A DNA stretch of 54,633 bases, taken from Paramoeba atlantica (taxonomy: Eukaryota > Protista > Discosea). The position numbers and the translations under genes are program-made. A model generated the notes under the pieces. That model saw nothing but the letters and a program-made list of their open reading frames with translations, did not search any database and had not been told where the DNA came from. Below are positions 20,702-32,419 of this stretch, piece after piece (position 1 is the first letter of the stretch; the number at the start of each line of letters is the position of its first letter). Location: the NCBI GenBank assembly GCA_977017575.1, contig CDRNVI010000064.1, positions 1 through 54,633 on the forward strand, given 5' to 3'.

Positions 20702-22211
20702 CAGGGGTGTAAATTTGGATGTGGGGGGGTCTAAAATTCGTAAAACTTGGCCAATTGTGGAAAATAATAGCGCATTCGAGAGCTCTCGAACAGGGCTCAT
20801 GAACGCAACATGGCCGCGATAGGCACAAGGGGGTATTGCCCCCTCGACAAAGGGCCCCCAAATGCGATTTGCAACTTTCTAAAGCACGGGAAAAAATAGA
20901 AAACAAAATTAATAATTGCAGTTTCCGCCGTTCTTTTCAAGCACAATACGGCATCGCTTACGAAAGCTCTTCATAGCGTTTTCAGAGGCTATAGAATGTG
21001 TCGTTTGAAGATCTTGAAACGCTGCTTCGATCGCAATGATCAAATCTGTACGATTTCTAGGGGCCAAACCATTTTTGAAATTGTCCATTATGGACCATAA
21101 ATTTTCAACGGGCATGAGATCAGGTGATTTTGCTGGCCAAGGAAGAACAGTAATTCCTGTCTCTTGAAAGCTTGTCCTGGCCAGATTGTGCACCGTACAG
21201 TTATCCATTGCAATAACGCTAGAACGGTGCCGCTTAAGGTAAGAATTTAACCCTCCACGCTTCTTCATGGCTTCATCAAAAATAGCCCCCGTCACTGTAC
21301 CTCGGTTTCCTTGAGAACGAACAGAAGGAATCGCTGTCATCCAAACCATAACACCAATCCCCCCATGCCATGCATCCAATTCACCTTGCTGCTCCTTGGG
21401 AGCGTCAGTTTTGCGGCAGTGGTACGTGATGTACCCCCCACTCTTCCCACAGGTAAATTTTTTTTCATCCATCCAAATGATATTGGACAGTTCCGCGTCA
21501 CTCCACGTTAGCATTTCTTCACAGAAACGTACTCGTTTCTCTTTATGCACTGAGGTAAGTGCAGAGGATTTCCGGACTGTGCGCAAGACGATGCCATGTG
21601 ATTTCATGTGGGTCGTCAAAGTTTGACGAACCCAAGATTTTCCATTAACCGATGGAGCTCACTCCAGCTCCTGATGCCATAGGGTTGATCTCGAACACCC
21701 TCGTCTATCGCTTTCAAAGCAGCCTCACGTAGTTCAGGTGTCACAGCGATGTTCGTTGGGGCGTGTTTCTGGTTCTTGGAGTCTACTTCTCCAGTATCAC
21801 GATAGCGCTCAACCCAGCGCTTCACAGTAGCTTCATGAACTTGAAAATTGCGCGCGGTTAGGGAAAAAGACTGTTGCTTCGTAATCGGCAACAAGAAGCA
21901 TGCGCCAGCTTGCTTTTATGTGCCCAGGCGAGGAATAAGCCCTTTCGGAGTGCTTATGTTCCGGAGATCGTCCACAATCCCGTCGTTGTGGCATGAATAA
22001 GGACAAAAAACAGAAAAATTGTGAAAATTGCAGGATTTTGTCTTCCAAAAAACTAAGTTTTTTTATGTGCATCCGAAAATCTAATTAACACGGATACGGT
22101 ATATGCACGTTCATGAGCTCTGTTCGAGATCTCTCGAATGCGCTATTATTTTCCAAAAATAGCCAAATTTTACGAATTTTGGACCCCCCCACATCTAAAT
22201 TTACACCCCTG
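20702..22211 (-). mobile_element. Tc1/mariner element, 1510 bp, ~104-bp TIRs, TA TSD
   Basis: TA|caggggtgtaaattt ... aaatttacacccctg|TA. Empty-site sequence is present in the hairpin repeat elsewhere in the window. Confidence 0.9.
20909..21894 (-). pseudogene. Tc1/mariner transposase, frameshifted at ~21616 (D,D32E)
   Basis: HTH (VHEATVKRWVERY) in 21616-21894. WMDE, AMDNCTVH and WPAKSPDLMPVENLW in 20909-21619. Confidence 0.88.
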
Positions 22212-22608
22212 TAGAAGTCACTCATGGTGCGAGCTTCGCGTACCTCCGCGTTTAACGAAGCGACTAAAAAAGAAAATTTGGCCTGAAAAGCTGAGGAAAA
22301 CTGAAGGATTTAAGCCGAAAATAGCCAACTTTCCAAAATTGGTCAACTTAAACGAATTTTAACGCCCCATTTTTGTGTCCACCCCTGTATCTACACAGTA
22401 TTCCAGTTACTTCGATAATCTAGGTTACTCTCAGGTTGAAAATATACATTTACATATTTAATAGTCTCTTATAATAGTCTCTTATAATAATATCTGTGTA
22501 TAATCTCTGGCACAAAGAAGTTATTGCCGCTTCACTGTGGCTGTAAAAAGTTGAAAAAAACGAGTTTTTCAAGGAAAAGAAAGATACTAATCATAAGTTT
22601 GCTGCACA

Positions 22609-23274
22609 TCAGCTCACCATTTGAATTTTGGTCTCTTGAAAGGCCTTGTACGTCAGGCTTACCGGTAGCATGCGTACATGTAATGTCCCCGTAAGTTGGG
22701 CGTTGTTGCGAAGTGACAAGCTGATAAGTCCAGAAGGAAGATCACCGAATGTTACATCACCACTTAGCATATTCACCGACAATATCAAGGAAGTTAAGCT
22801 TGAAGGAAGATGAGAAAGATCAACACTTCCCGTAAATTGATTGTACGACGCATCAAGAGAAGACATAAGTGGCGGAAGATCAACGAGATCAATTTCCCCC
22901 GTAAGTTGGTTAGTGTATACTGAGAATCGATGTAGAGACCTTGGTAATGCATTCCACAAAATTATACCACACAAACTTCTTCATTCAATTTCAAACCTTA
23001 AAATCTCTCCTTCGTCAGAACACGTAATCCCTTCCCACTTATGCGCAGGTACGGATGCATTCCAAGAGGGCAGTGGATTCACTATGTTACTCACCAAACG
23101 CTCAAGATCATACTCTTGGGGTAGTAGCACACCTCTTACTCTTGCAGCTTTTCGGCGCTCACCCGTTGAGTCGGAAAACTTAAAGTCGGGATGATAGGAC
23201 AGGGGTAACGATTTCGTCACGCGGTAAAGGACACTAACACACAACGTAATACGATCCATTGCAACATCGTACAT
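22609..23274 (-). pseudogene. LRR-family gene with in-frame TGA; paralogue of 1432-2077
   Basis: FEIE*RSLCGIILW is a single frame interrupted by TGA at 22981-22983. Confidence 0.8.
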
Positions 23275-23533
23275 CTTAAAGCGACTAATTTTAAAAGTCA
23301 GAATTTAGGAGTCAACGTTAATCAAAAAATATTATCGAACGTGACCTGAATATTACGTACCTGAAGATTATCTGTTCAGTCCTACAGAAGGCACATTCAT
23401 CAGCGTGAAATGAATCTGTACGTCTGAATTCGTTATAGTTTGTTCTGCGTTTTGAAACGTTCCTTTCAGCAATCTTTTCAGATCTCGCAATCCAATTCAA
23501 ATTTACGATCAATCGTATTCGTTGATAAAATTA

Positions 23534-23858
23534 CTCCCCCTCTCATTAATAATTATAATTATAATCTATAAATCTTTTTAGTTTATAATTATAGTTATAG
23601 TCTATAATTATTAATGAGATTCGATAAGTGATTTTTTTTATTATGGACTTCAATTTCTTCATTTTCGAGACACTTCGTTCAACTTGGAAACAATTTTTAG
23701 TGCAAAGTATGTGGTACAGGTGTCTTTCTAGATAAAAAATGAAGAATTTGACGTTTATAATTGTAAAAGTGAGACTCAGAATTATTATCTCATTAAATTT
23801 CTATAAACAATCCCTTTAATGATTTTTGGAGGTTTATAATTATTAATGAGAGGGGGAG
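23534..23858. mobile_element. 325-bp Stowaway-like MITE
   Basis: TA|ctccccctctcattaataattataa ... ttataattattaatgagagggggag|TA. Confidence 0.85.
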
Positions 23859-23873
23859 TACTCGTTTATAATA

Positions 23874-25585
23874 AACCGGGGGTCAGTCTAATATTAAGAT
23901 TGAAAATGCTAATATTAAGATTGGAAAGGTGCTAATATTAAGATCGGGCAGTGAATCTTAATATTAAAGTGACATCTTAATATTAAATTGTCCAAAAAAT
24001 GAATCTTAATATTAAAGTGTCGCCATTATAATATTAAGATTGTAGAATCGTTTTGAACGGTTGTAGACCCAGTAGAATAAATTTACAGTATTTTATAAGA
24101 AATACGTTTACGAAAGGGAAAAACAAGACGAACTCTAAGATATCACGAAGAAAAACCCTCCGTAAAAACAAAAAAAAACATTTCGCATTATATATATTAT
24201 TGTTATTTCGACTATCGCAATATTATTTCGCATAGCCTAAAAATAACTATTTTCGCATAGGAATCCACTTTTCGAGACCCTTTTTTGATTTGTTTGTTCC
24301 AGCCCCGCGGGAAAACGCATTTTCAATTCGCTCTGCATAATCATCTTCAATTACTACGGGAGCTTCAAATTTATAATTTTGCAGAGCCTCACAATGATTC
24401 CAAACAGCGAGTTGCGGATCAATATATCCTAAACGATTAAATTCATCAATAACGTTAATACATGCAGGTTTCGAAGATTCTTGCATGCTATTTTTAGCGT
24501 TTGCAACTCTTTCGTGTGAACGAGCCACAGCTTGGTGCATCCATTCCCTCTTTTGACGAGCGGTGCGTGGTACATCTTGTTCTCGATCCCATATTTTTTC
24601 TTGTTCACGCTTGTATGCTGCAGCATAAAACACATCTATCCATTAGATCCACGACGTAGTACCAGCAGGGATGATAGCGCTGTAGCAATGGGCTTGGGTT
24701 GCAAAAGATTTAATGACACTCTTATTGACATGCGACCGACAAGAATCGAACACTAAAAGTGTTGTGTTTACACTGTGCGCGCGCAGTTGTGATTGTTTGC
24801 GCTCGTGTCATTTGCGCTTCTTAATGCCACGCGTTAATTCGGAATAGTTTTGCAACTGATTTTTGTTGCTAACATGAATACGGGAGTTTGGGAATTTGTC
24901 TTTGATCCATTTGTTTAACACTTGCATGGAACCATACTTGCGTTGTTTCTCTACACTCCAGCTATTCCACTCACGTGAGATCGCCCGTTTGATTTTTGCC
25001 GTAGGTTCCACTCGAACGCGAACACCATTATCTTTTGCTCGCTTCTCGTAAGGGCAAATTTTAGTTCTACCCCCATTTTTTGAAAGTTTACCCGAATCCT
25101 CTGAATCACTGGAATGTGATACATCACTGTCATTCGATTTTTCATCCGATTCTTCGGAACTTTCATAACCATTATCTTCTTCGGACTCGGCACTGTCACT
25201 TGGACCACTTTCAGAGTTACAGTTTTCAGATTCATAAGGCAGAGAACCGTTTAAGTCGGAGGGTTGCATAACACCTTCGTCATCCTTAAGAGAGCAAACC
25301 TCATCAACATAATCTTCGACAGCTCTATAACATTCGTTGATTGCCTCTCCGTGGCTACGCAGCGACAGTGCCGTTAATTGCGAAGCAATAAGGTCCATCA
25401 AAAAAATCAGAAAAGTTAAAGAACCAAAGAAAATCCTTAAAAAATCGAATCTTAATATTAAAGTGAATCTTAATATTAAAGTGAATCTTAATATTAAAGT
25501 GTCATTTTAATATTAAAGTGTCAATCTTAATATTAAAGTAGATCTTAATATTAAACTAACCTTAATATTGAACTGACCCCCGGTT
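23874..25585 (-). mobile_element. pogo-type TIR element (AACC termini) with subterminal TCTTAATATTAA arrays
   Basis: TA|aaccgggggtcag ... ctgacccccggtt|TA, with 5-6 AATATTAA repeats inside each end. Confidence 0.85.
24247..25401 (-). pseudogene. pogo/Tigger (DDE_1) transposase remnant with two in-frame stops and an internal deletion
   Basis: Manual translation between the two ORFs, in the same frame: *HERKQ...LLVFDSCRSHVNK...IIPAGTTSWI*WIDVFYAAAYK. This matches the pogo LLxxD..H / IP.G.TS.LQP.DV signature. Confidence 0.8.
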
Positions 25586-25674
25586 TAATATTCGTTTATA
25601 ATTCCGCAAGATAAAAAAACTTTAATTGAACCGATCCGAGCAAAACTAAAATTGAAAAGTTGATTTCTACAACC

Positions 25675-26346
25675 TTAGTTCTGATACTGCTCGCCTCGTA
25701 CCAGGCAAGCTGGTGACAACTCAGGAAGAAATTCCGAGAACCGATTTCCGGCGACATTGATAACTCTGATTGAAGGGGGAAGAGTTCGAACATCCAGCGC
25801 TCCATGCAATTGATTCTCATTAAGATACAGGCTCCTCAAACCATGCGGAAGGGAAGTAAGATTGACGACACCAGAAAATTTGTTCTTTGAAAGGAGAAGC
25901 ACTTCGAGTGCAGTCGGAAGTTCAAACAAATTTAACGTACCGTACAGACGGTTAGAAACAAGCGAAAGCTTTACCATACCCGAATGTAAAAATGGCAGGT
26001 GGACACAATCTTGTAGTTGATTTTTTGAATACCAAATTTTGGTAACACTAGTAGGCACATCTTCCGCCTTAAAAGAACCTTGGAGCTGATTCGACGAAAC
26101 ATCAAAACTCAATATAGTTGACGGAAGAAAACGTAGATTAAACTCCCCACGCAGTCCTAGGTTTGCCCATGAGAGATGGAGGACATGACCTCCTTCACAA
26201 TCCACACCCCGCCATTTGCAAACATCAATATTGGAGACCCAACTGCGAGGCGTGTTCTGTAATGGTTGTACGAGCCGCGAGAGAGAAAATTCGGGTGAGA
26301 AACTCACGTGACGTGTTTTACCCATTCGAGAGAAATGAACATCCAT
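25675..26346 (-). CDS. LRR-family protein
   Basis: 223-aa ORF with an SW...CKWRGVDC cap and 6 LRRs. Confidence 0.85.
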   Translation of the reverse strand: MDVHFSRMGKTRHVSFSPEFSLSRLVQPLQNTPRSWVSNIDVCKWRGVDCEGGHVLHLSWANLGLRGEFNLRFLPSTILSFDVSSNQLQGSFKAEDVPTSVTKIWYSKNQLQDCVHLPFLHSGMVKLSLVSNRLYGTLNLFELPTALEVLLLSKNKFSGVVNLTSLPHGLRSLYLNENQLHGALDVRTLPPSIRVINVAGNRFSEFLPELSPACLVRGEQYQN

Positions 26347-26419
26347 TCGGAAGCGTATGCCTACCCAATTAAAGTTTACATATTTTTTTCTTAATATTCG
26401 TTTTAACCTGTAGTCATTG

Positions 26420-28221
26420 CGGTGGTTGTATAACTACCGCTCTACCCTCGATTTTTGAGAAAAAAGTGAAAAAAAAATAGTGAAAATATAAAGAGGAACA
26501 CAGTAATATAATAGAAAAAAATATAAAAGGGGGCTTCGGTGGTCCAAAATTGAAAAAGAAAATTGAAAAAAATGGGGGGTCCATGGGGGGGGTCCAGGGG
26601 GGGGTCATGGTCGAGCAAATTTTCAGAGGTCCCTAAAACTATTTATAGATAGTTTATAGTGTTTCAAGAAAATTTATAGTACTATAAACCTCGTTTATAG
26701 TACTATAAACACTATACATGTATAGTACTATAAAAACTATATGGTGTTTATCAGTGTTTCATGTCCAGAAAGGCGCGCGGTAGACAGATCGGTCGATGGG
26801 CCTGGAGGAATTTCGCGGGGCAGGAGAGAGCCGATGGAGGTGTAGAGGCTTAGAGGGGTCACGTGATGTTAGGTGGAGCAAGTGGTATGGATACGCTGAC
26901 GCGTAGAAAAAAGTGAAAAGAGTAGTAGTTTTTGTCAGAAATGGAAAAAGACGGGATCCTATAGCTCACAACAAGTTCTTCCCATAATGCTCTTTCCTTG
27001 TAGCGTGCAAAACGCATTACAGTTATCCTTCAACGAGTTCACGTTACATCACTCGTTGGATCCTAGACGTGGCGTATTCAACGGCAAGATAAAACACAAA
27101 AACACATCGCAGAGCCTGCAAGATTCAATATCTGCAAAATTCATAATATTTTGAAGAAATTTGAAGAATCACTTACCCGCTATTTCACATTTACACATTA
27201 TACTTCGGCAGGAAAGGCGACCTAAGAAGATAAGGCGTCTGGGCTGGAACACATCTGAAATTAAAGTACGTCGACTTCCCCATCGACTTCAACGAAGTGT
27301 GAAAAAACGATTTGAGCTTGACCACGACGCTTGTTGGGCATAATGATGAGAAAAATAGTGAGAAATCTTTCAAGAAAACGGGAGTGACAAAAAGAAATTG
27401 CGTCGAGTCGGCATTTCAAGCAATAATTTCAGAAAAAATTTACTAAGAAAAATATTAAAAAAATATAGTTTTTATATATAATGTTTTAAAGTTTATAGTA
27501 CTATAATAGTACTATAAAATAATTTTTGTAGTTTTACGGACCTCTGCAATTTTTTTTGAAAAAAATATTTTTCGAAAAAAACTCTCGGAAGGGGTAGCCG
27601 GGGTCTTGGCGCGCATTTTCCACCCCCCTACCTGGGGGTGACCCCCCCGCGTATCCGCAGGACGGGTTCGCCAGGTTCGGATTTTTTCGGATTCTTTTTT
27701 GAAAAAAAATTCAACTTGGCAAAAAAAATATTTTTCCAAAATCGTTTCCCCTATTGTATTGTGAGAGTTTGGGACCTATACTAGCTTTCTACGCAGTTGT
27801 TTTCGCAAGGTATCCCTTCTTCGAGACTTGGTGCGCCCCTCAAAATGACCAATTTTTGACTAAAAAACGTGAAAAAGTATTTTTCGGACCCAAAGGGCCT
27901 TTTTTGTGTGGAAAGAATGGTGTGATTGGAGTCGTATTCCCCACGCAATACGTTCGGCAGGCTTTCATTCATGCCTACGAGTGATTTCCCATGCGCAAAT
28001 GTCGGATTTATTGCTCTGAGAGCAAAAATACCCAAAGATGACCCCATTTTTTCCCGAAAATCGGCTATTTTTGGCTACAATCTTTCCGTTTTCTTCAGCT
28101 TTCCAGACCAAATTTTATTTTTTAGGCTCTTCGTTAAACGCGGTGATAGTTTTCAACGCGAAGCGCGCAGCATGAGTGACTTCTAAGTTGAAAACAACCA
28201 CCGCGTTTAACGAAGAGCCTA
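26420..28221. repeat. Dispersed ~0.9-kb repeat (host element), interrupted by a hAT-like insertion
   Basis: 26420-26623 plus 27547-28221 are colinear with 37270-38965. Confidence 0.85.
26624..27546. mobile_element. Non-autonomous hAT-like element, 923 bp
   Basis: TIR CAGAGGTCC(C/G)TAAAACTA. 8-bp flanks caaatttt/caattttt (1 mismatch). Subterminal TATAGTACTATA palindromes. Empty site at ~38035. Confidence 0.75.
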
Positions 28222-29441
28222 GAAAAGATTATATAATATTACAATAGGCAGAAAATTGTGTTCCTTTACACAAGCAGGCGTTCGAAAACGTAAGACCTTA
28301 TAAAATTACCGTCGATCCCCCCAATTGTAATGGACCTCCCAGTAACAAGGATTTGACCTTTTTTGGGATGCCCCCAGTAACATCGGGCAGTAAAAAGGAA
28401 AAATCGGGCGTCTCCTGCACAAGCCCTTATCAAGAAGGACAATTAATTAGGGGGGAGGGGGGTATGACAATTAAGTGGGGGTGCAGTGTTTTGTGTTCGT
28501 CGGAAAAATAGAAAATGGGGGTGCAGCTAAATCTTGGGGGGTCTAAAAGTTGTAAAACTTGACCAATATTAGAAAATGATAGCGCATTGGACGGCTTTCC
28601 CTCTGGTAGAAAATAGATCGTTTCCTGCTGTTTCGAGCCTTACCTTTTTTTAAAATTGGGGGAAAAAAGGGAGATGCCACCTAAATCTCTCTTACTGGGG
28701 GGTATGCTTTTCTGGTCAGTTTTCTCTTTTCTCCCAACTTTTTTGACAATTCGTTTCTATTTTTTCTTTTGAAAACGTGTTAAAACGCTTATTTGGGTTA
28801 CCGCCGAGGCTCCCGACATCCGGACACTCACCCCCTACGCCCTATACGCCTCCTGTGGGGCTCCTGGGTCAAATTTCTCTTACTTGGGGTCAGCACAAAA
28901 AGGGCCAAATCTCTCTTACTGGGGGTGGTACCTTACTGGGGGGTATACGGTATTTTTTGAAATTGGCCAAGTTTTACAAATTTTAGACCCCCCCAGATTT
29001 ACTGTGGCCCCCCCCCTTTATTATGGACACTTTTTCAGCTTTTGTCCATAATAAAGGGGGGGGTGATGAAAAGGGTGTGGAAAAAAAATTCCATGTTTTC
29101 TCATAATACGGCAAAAAATATCTAAACTGTAAAATGCATGGCCACGAGAGCGGGCAAGGATCCTTGCGGAATTCTCGAAGTTTAACACCAGGGGCAGACG
29201 ACCTCGCGCCTACCGAGCCGTTGCCCACCCAATCTTTAAATCAGTTGTGTACAGTCGTTAGAAAAAAAATTGATGATTGCGACAGGCGAACGGCCAGTGG
29301 TAAGAGTGCGTGCGGTTTTTCGTCGGAAAGACGAGCCCAACGAGCCCACGCAGATGGTGGAGGGAAAGATTCGGAAACAAGGGTTGGAGCTGTGGGGGAT
29401 GTGGTCTGACGAGCCGGATAAGGAGTTTAACGAGTTGGCTA

Positions 29442-30412
29442 TGTCTCTACTTCGTTGAATATTCAACGAAGCGCCGTCGGTTCGTTGAACGATTCAACGA
29501 ACCGATTTTTTATTTTTTTTCACTGAACTTTTCTGGGATTCTGCCAGCGAAGCCCACTTCTTGAGGCGAAAACCCCGTCTGCGAGCAAGGCCCAACTGTG
29601 AGTGAAGCCCACTTCTGGAGGCAAAAGCCCCCGTCTGCGAGCAAGGCCCAACTGTGAGCGTAGCCCTGGGACATAATTATATTTTTTGGCGACCCGCGCG
29701 CTGGAGCGCGCGGGTCGCGCACTGAGGACCTATGTCTGCCACTTCCGCAGGATTGTCGAGAGGCAAGGCCCAACTGTGAGCGAAGCCCACTTCTGGAGGC
29801 AAAAGCCCCCGTCTGCGAGCAAGGCCCAACTGTGAGCGTAGCCCTGGGACATAATTATATTTTTTGGCGACCCGCGCGCTGGAGCGCGCGGGTCGCGCAC
29901 TGAGAACCTATGTCTGCCACTTCCGCAGGATTCTGGTTGGTTGGGTGGTTTCCGCAGGATTCTGGACTATTTTTTAATATTGATGTGTAGAAAACAGGGC
30001 CTTTTTCTTTTGCGGATCCTATTTTGAATGAACAACAGTGATACTGGCAATACTTCGGAAGCATTTTTGCGTCGCTTCATGGCCTTCTTGCACCTATATT
30101 TTCTAATAATACACGACGTATCTAACACCATGTTTCATCCGTGCGTTTCACATTCATTCACAGGAATCTCCAAACGGGTTAAACTACAACAACAGAAATC
30201 TACATGAGATCGACTTGCCGAAAAAGAGTTTCTAGTACCATGCGCTACCTTTGTTGCTCCGTTGAGACAATTTAAAATGTTAAAAAAATCGAATGCTCGC
30301 TCGAAAAAAAATTAAAATCCCGTTCGTTGAATATTCAACGAAGCGCCATCGCTTCGTTGAATCGTTCAACGAACCGCCGGCGGTTCGTTGAATATTCAAC
30401 GAAGTAGAGACG
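29442..30412. mobile_element. Nested TIR element with TTCGTTGAA...TTCAACGAA palindromic subterminal repeats
   Basis: TA|tgtctctacttcgttgaatattcaacgaa ... ttcgttgaatattcaacgaagtagagacg|TA. A solo end of the same family is at ~35903. Confidence 0.75.
29547..29932. repeat. 56-bp subrepeats within a 178-bp tandem duplication
   Basis: gcgagcaaggcccaactgtgag occurs at 29581, 29637 and 29815, with a variant near 29760. Confidence 0.9.
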
Positions 30413-31776
30413 TACCCAACGAGTTAAACTAACTAACGCAAGGGGGCCATGATTTCTTTCATTCTTGGACAAGGTAAGTTTCCACGACAGCTATCGCGTA
30501 GCACGACCATTTTCGCATCTACTGCGCATATCATTTCATTCTTGTTTTTTGTATATCCAAGGGTGCGTGATGTACGATACTTTTGTCGGATATGCATCTG
30601 AGTCATATCATGATAACATCATAAAATTCAAAGAGCGTATGAGAGAGCATTTCAACGTGCGCCCCGAAGATTCGTTGGAATATTAGCAAGCAATGGGTTC
30701 CTCCTGATTTCTGAAAAAAAACAAGGATAAACAGGGCGTGCATTCAATGTTACTGGGCGATACTATATCAATGTTACTGGGCAATACGTACTATTGCATT
30801 TAATTACTTCTAAATTAAGCAATTCAATGTTACTACTACTGCTACAAATAAGTGGGGGGGGCACAGTAATAGTAATCTAAACAAGCTCATTGTTCTTTGT
30901 TTTATCCCGTCCTGGGCGCACAAAATTCTCTTGATGAGATCTGCAAAGTACAACAAAGTGGGGGGTCACTTTTCGTGAGCTGGGGTTAATTAAGCTCAGT
31001 TCGTCCCCTTTTCTCCTTTGTGTGATTTGAAAGCTGACGAAATTAGCTAGCTACAGATGCCCTAAAAAACGAAAAAAACGAAAAAGTGGGAAAAAAAATT
31101 GGCGCCGCTCCGCGGCGCCCGGTCGGATTTGTCCATAATAAAGGGGGGGATACCCCCTGTCCATATTAAAGGGGGAGTCACAGTATCTGCACCCCCCCTG
31201 TATGTTTGGGTAAAAAAATTGGCACAGAAATCTTCCTTTTTGATCTCCTTTTCTTCAGTCATTCAAGCCTTACGATATGAGTTTGTTCAATGCTAAGTTG
31301 CCTTCCCTTCGCGGTCCCGTGCAGCCCCGGATTATTGCCTAACGAGACAACCAAACCAGGAGTAGATTGCAAATTCAGCTGGATGTTTCCCTCTAAACAG
31401 TTATCGTTTGCCATAATCTTGCAAAGACGGTCGGATATACAGTCGGGTATATCTGAAAGATCAGGAACACCAGTAAAGTGATTATGACTCAGGTCTAGAC
31501 TGTGAAGCGTTGCCGGTATACCTTCTAACAGGATATCCCCCGAAAATTCATTATGGCTGGCGTCGAATTCGATGCAATCTTTCGGCAACGCACTGAGGTC
31601 AAGATTCCCTTCAAAATTATTGTGTTTTATTCGTAAATGCCGTATCTCCGACGTTGTTATTTTTCCCAAATTTAGCGAACCAGAAAACTTATTTTTGCTA
31701 ATATCGAGCGCATTTAATTCGCCGGGTACCTCACCGAGATCCAATGAGCCAGATAAATTATTGTCACCCAATATGA

Positions 31777-32419
31777 TATCATACGCTCGTGGCGCAGAGA
31801 TACGTCTCTCTGTGTGACGGCCGATACCATCGGCGCATGACCCGCATACGACGGGTGTCACACAGAGAGTGGAGTGCGAGGTAGGAGACGAGTCGCCCAT
31901 CGGTCATGCTACAGCACGTATAGCCATGGTTCATGCTGCAACACGGTCAAGCCGTGGGTTCATGCTGTCAGATGGTCTATCGTGGATCATGATGCATCAT
32001 GGGGAGGTCCGTTACCGACGCACTCGCTACAGCATGTAGGGAGAGAGGGGTGCAAGTTCGCATCCCCTATACACGCATACAACGTGTCCTCCCGCTGTAG
32101 CACGCCCAGTGGTCCTCAAGGGAGGCCACCATGGCGCATAGCTCCCGGGAGAAGAAAGCACGAGAAGGAGAGAGCCGGGGAGGGAAGAAAGCTCACTCGA
32201 AGAGAGCGACCCGGGGAGGGGTGAAGAGTGCGAAGTGCGTCCCCTACTTCCGCGATAAAGAGGGACAGTTCCAGCTAGCCGTCAGCCGGAAACGGGCATT
32301 TAAAAGTAAGAATATGCCCGTTTCCGGGAAAGGAAAGGAAGGGCTAGCAAAATGTACCAACAAGGTACAGAAACTGTATCTTTATGATGAGTACTGTATC
32401 TTATGAGAAACTGTATCTT
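31777..32419 (-). other. Inserted, circularly permuted SL RNA gene repeat unit (gene plus spacer)
   Basis: Bounded by TCATA direct repeats (plus-strand tatga at 31772-31776 and 32420-32424). The spacer 31780-32250 is near-identical to 45746-46220. Confidence 0.75.
32239..32392 (-). ncRNA. Spliced-leader RNA-like gene (exon 3' end at 32358, GT donor at 32357)
   Basis: ATCATAAAGATACAGTTTCTGTACCTTGTTG|GTAC contains the conserved kinetoplastid/diplonemid SL core ACAGTTTCTGTAC and the TTG|GT donor. It is followed by a long stem-loop, a GGAACTG single-stranded stretch and a terminal GTCCCT/GGGGAC stem. Confidence 0.75.

Larger units (their letters stand above)
29002..31183. mobile_element. TA-flanked non-autonomous element (CTGT termini), 2.18 kb
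   Basis: TA|ctgtggcccccccctttattatggaca ... tgtccatattaaagggggagtcacag|TA. Confidence 0.7.
28517..31200. mobile_element. Tc1-derived MITE related to the 20702 TIR; its right TIR is split by a nested element
   Basis: ggggtgcagctaaatcttgggggg-tctaaaa at the left; tagaccccccagattta [insert] tctgcacccccctg|TA at the right. Confidence 0.55.

Noticed and set aside
27754-28186. Short ORFs in the dispersed repeat (also 38372-38920, 37816-38280, 26414-26608)
   Set aside because: Homopolymer-rich, frames are not conserved between copies, and there are no protein motifs.
29547-29932. Repeat array as CRISPR
   Set aside because: No unique spacers, no cas genes, eukaryotic context; it is a tandem duplication.
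30431-30439. AACTAACGC, identical to the canonical SL 5' end
   Set aside because: Not followed by the SL core or a donor; a 9-mer match at a transposon edge is likely chance.
31259-31900. 213-aa ORF as an independent LRR gene; also the C-terminal tail of ORF 32300-33613
   Set aside because: Both extra segments are read-through into the SL unit insertion; the two ORFs are halves of one gene.
31777-32419. Insert as a spliceosomal or euglenid-type non-conventional intron
   Set aside because: None of the six possible boundary registers gives GT...AG, the CAG/CTG end-pairing of euglenid introns is absent, and SL repeat origin explains it better.
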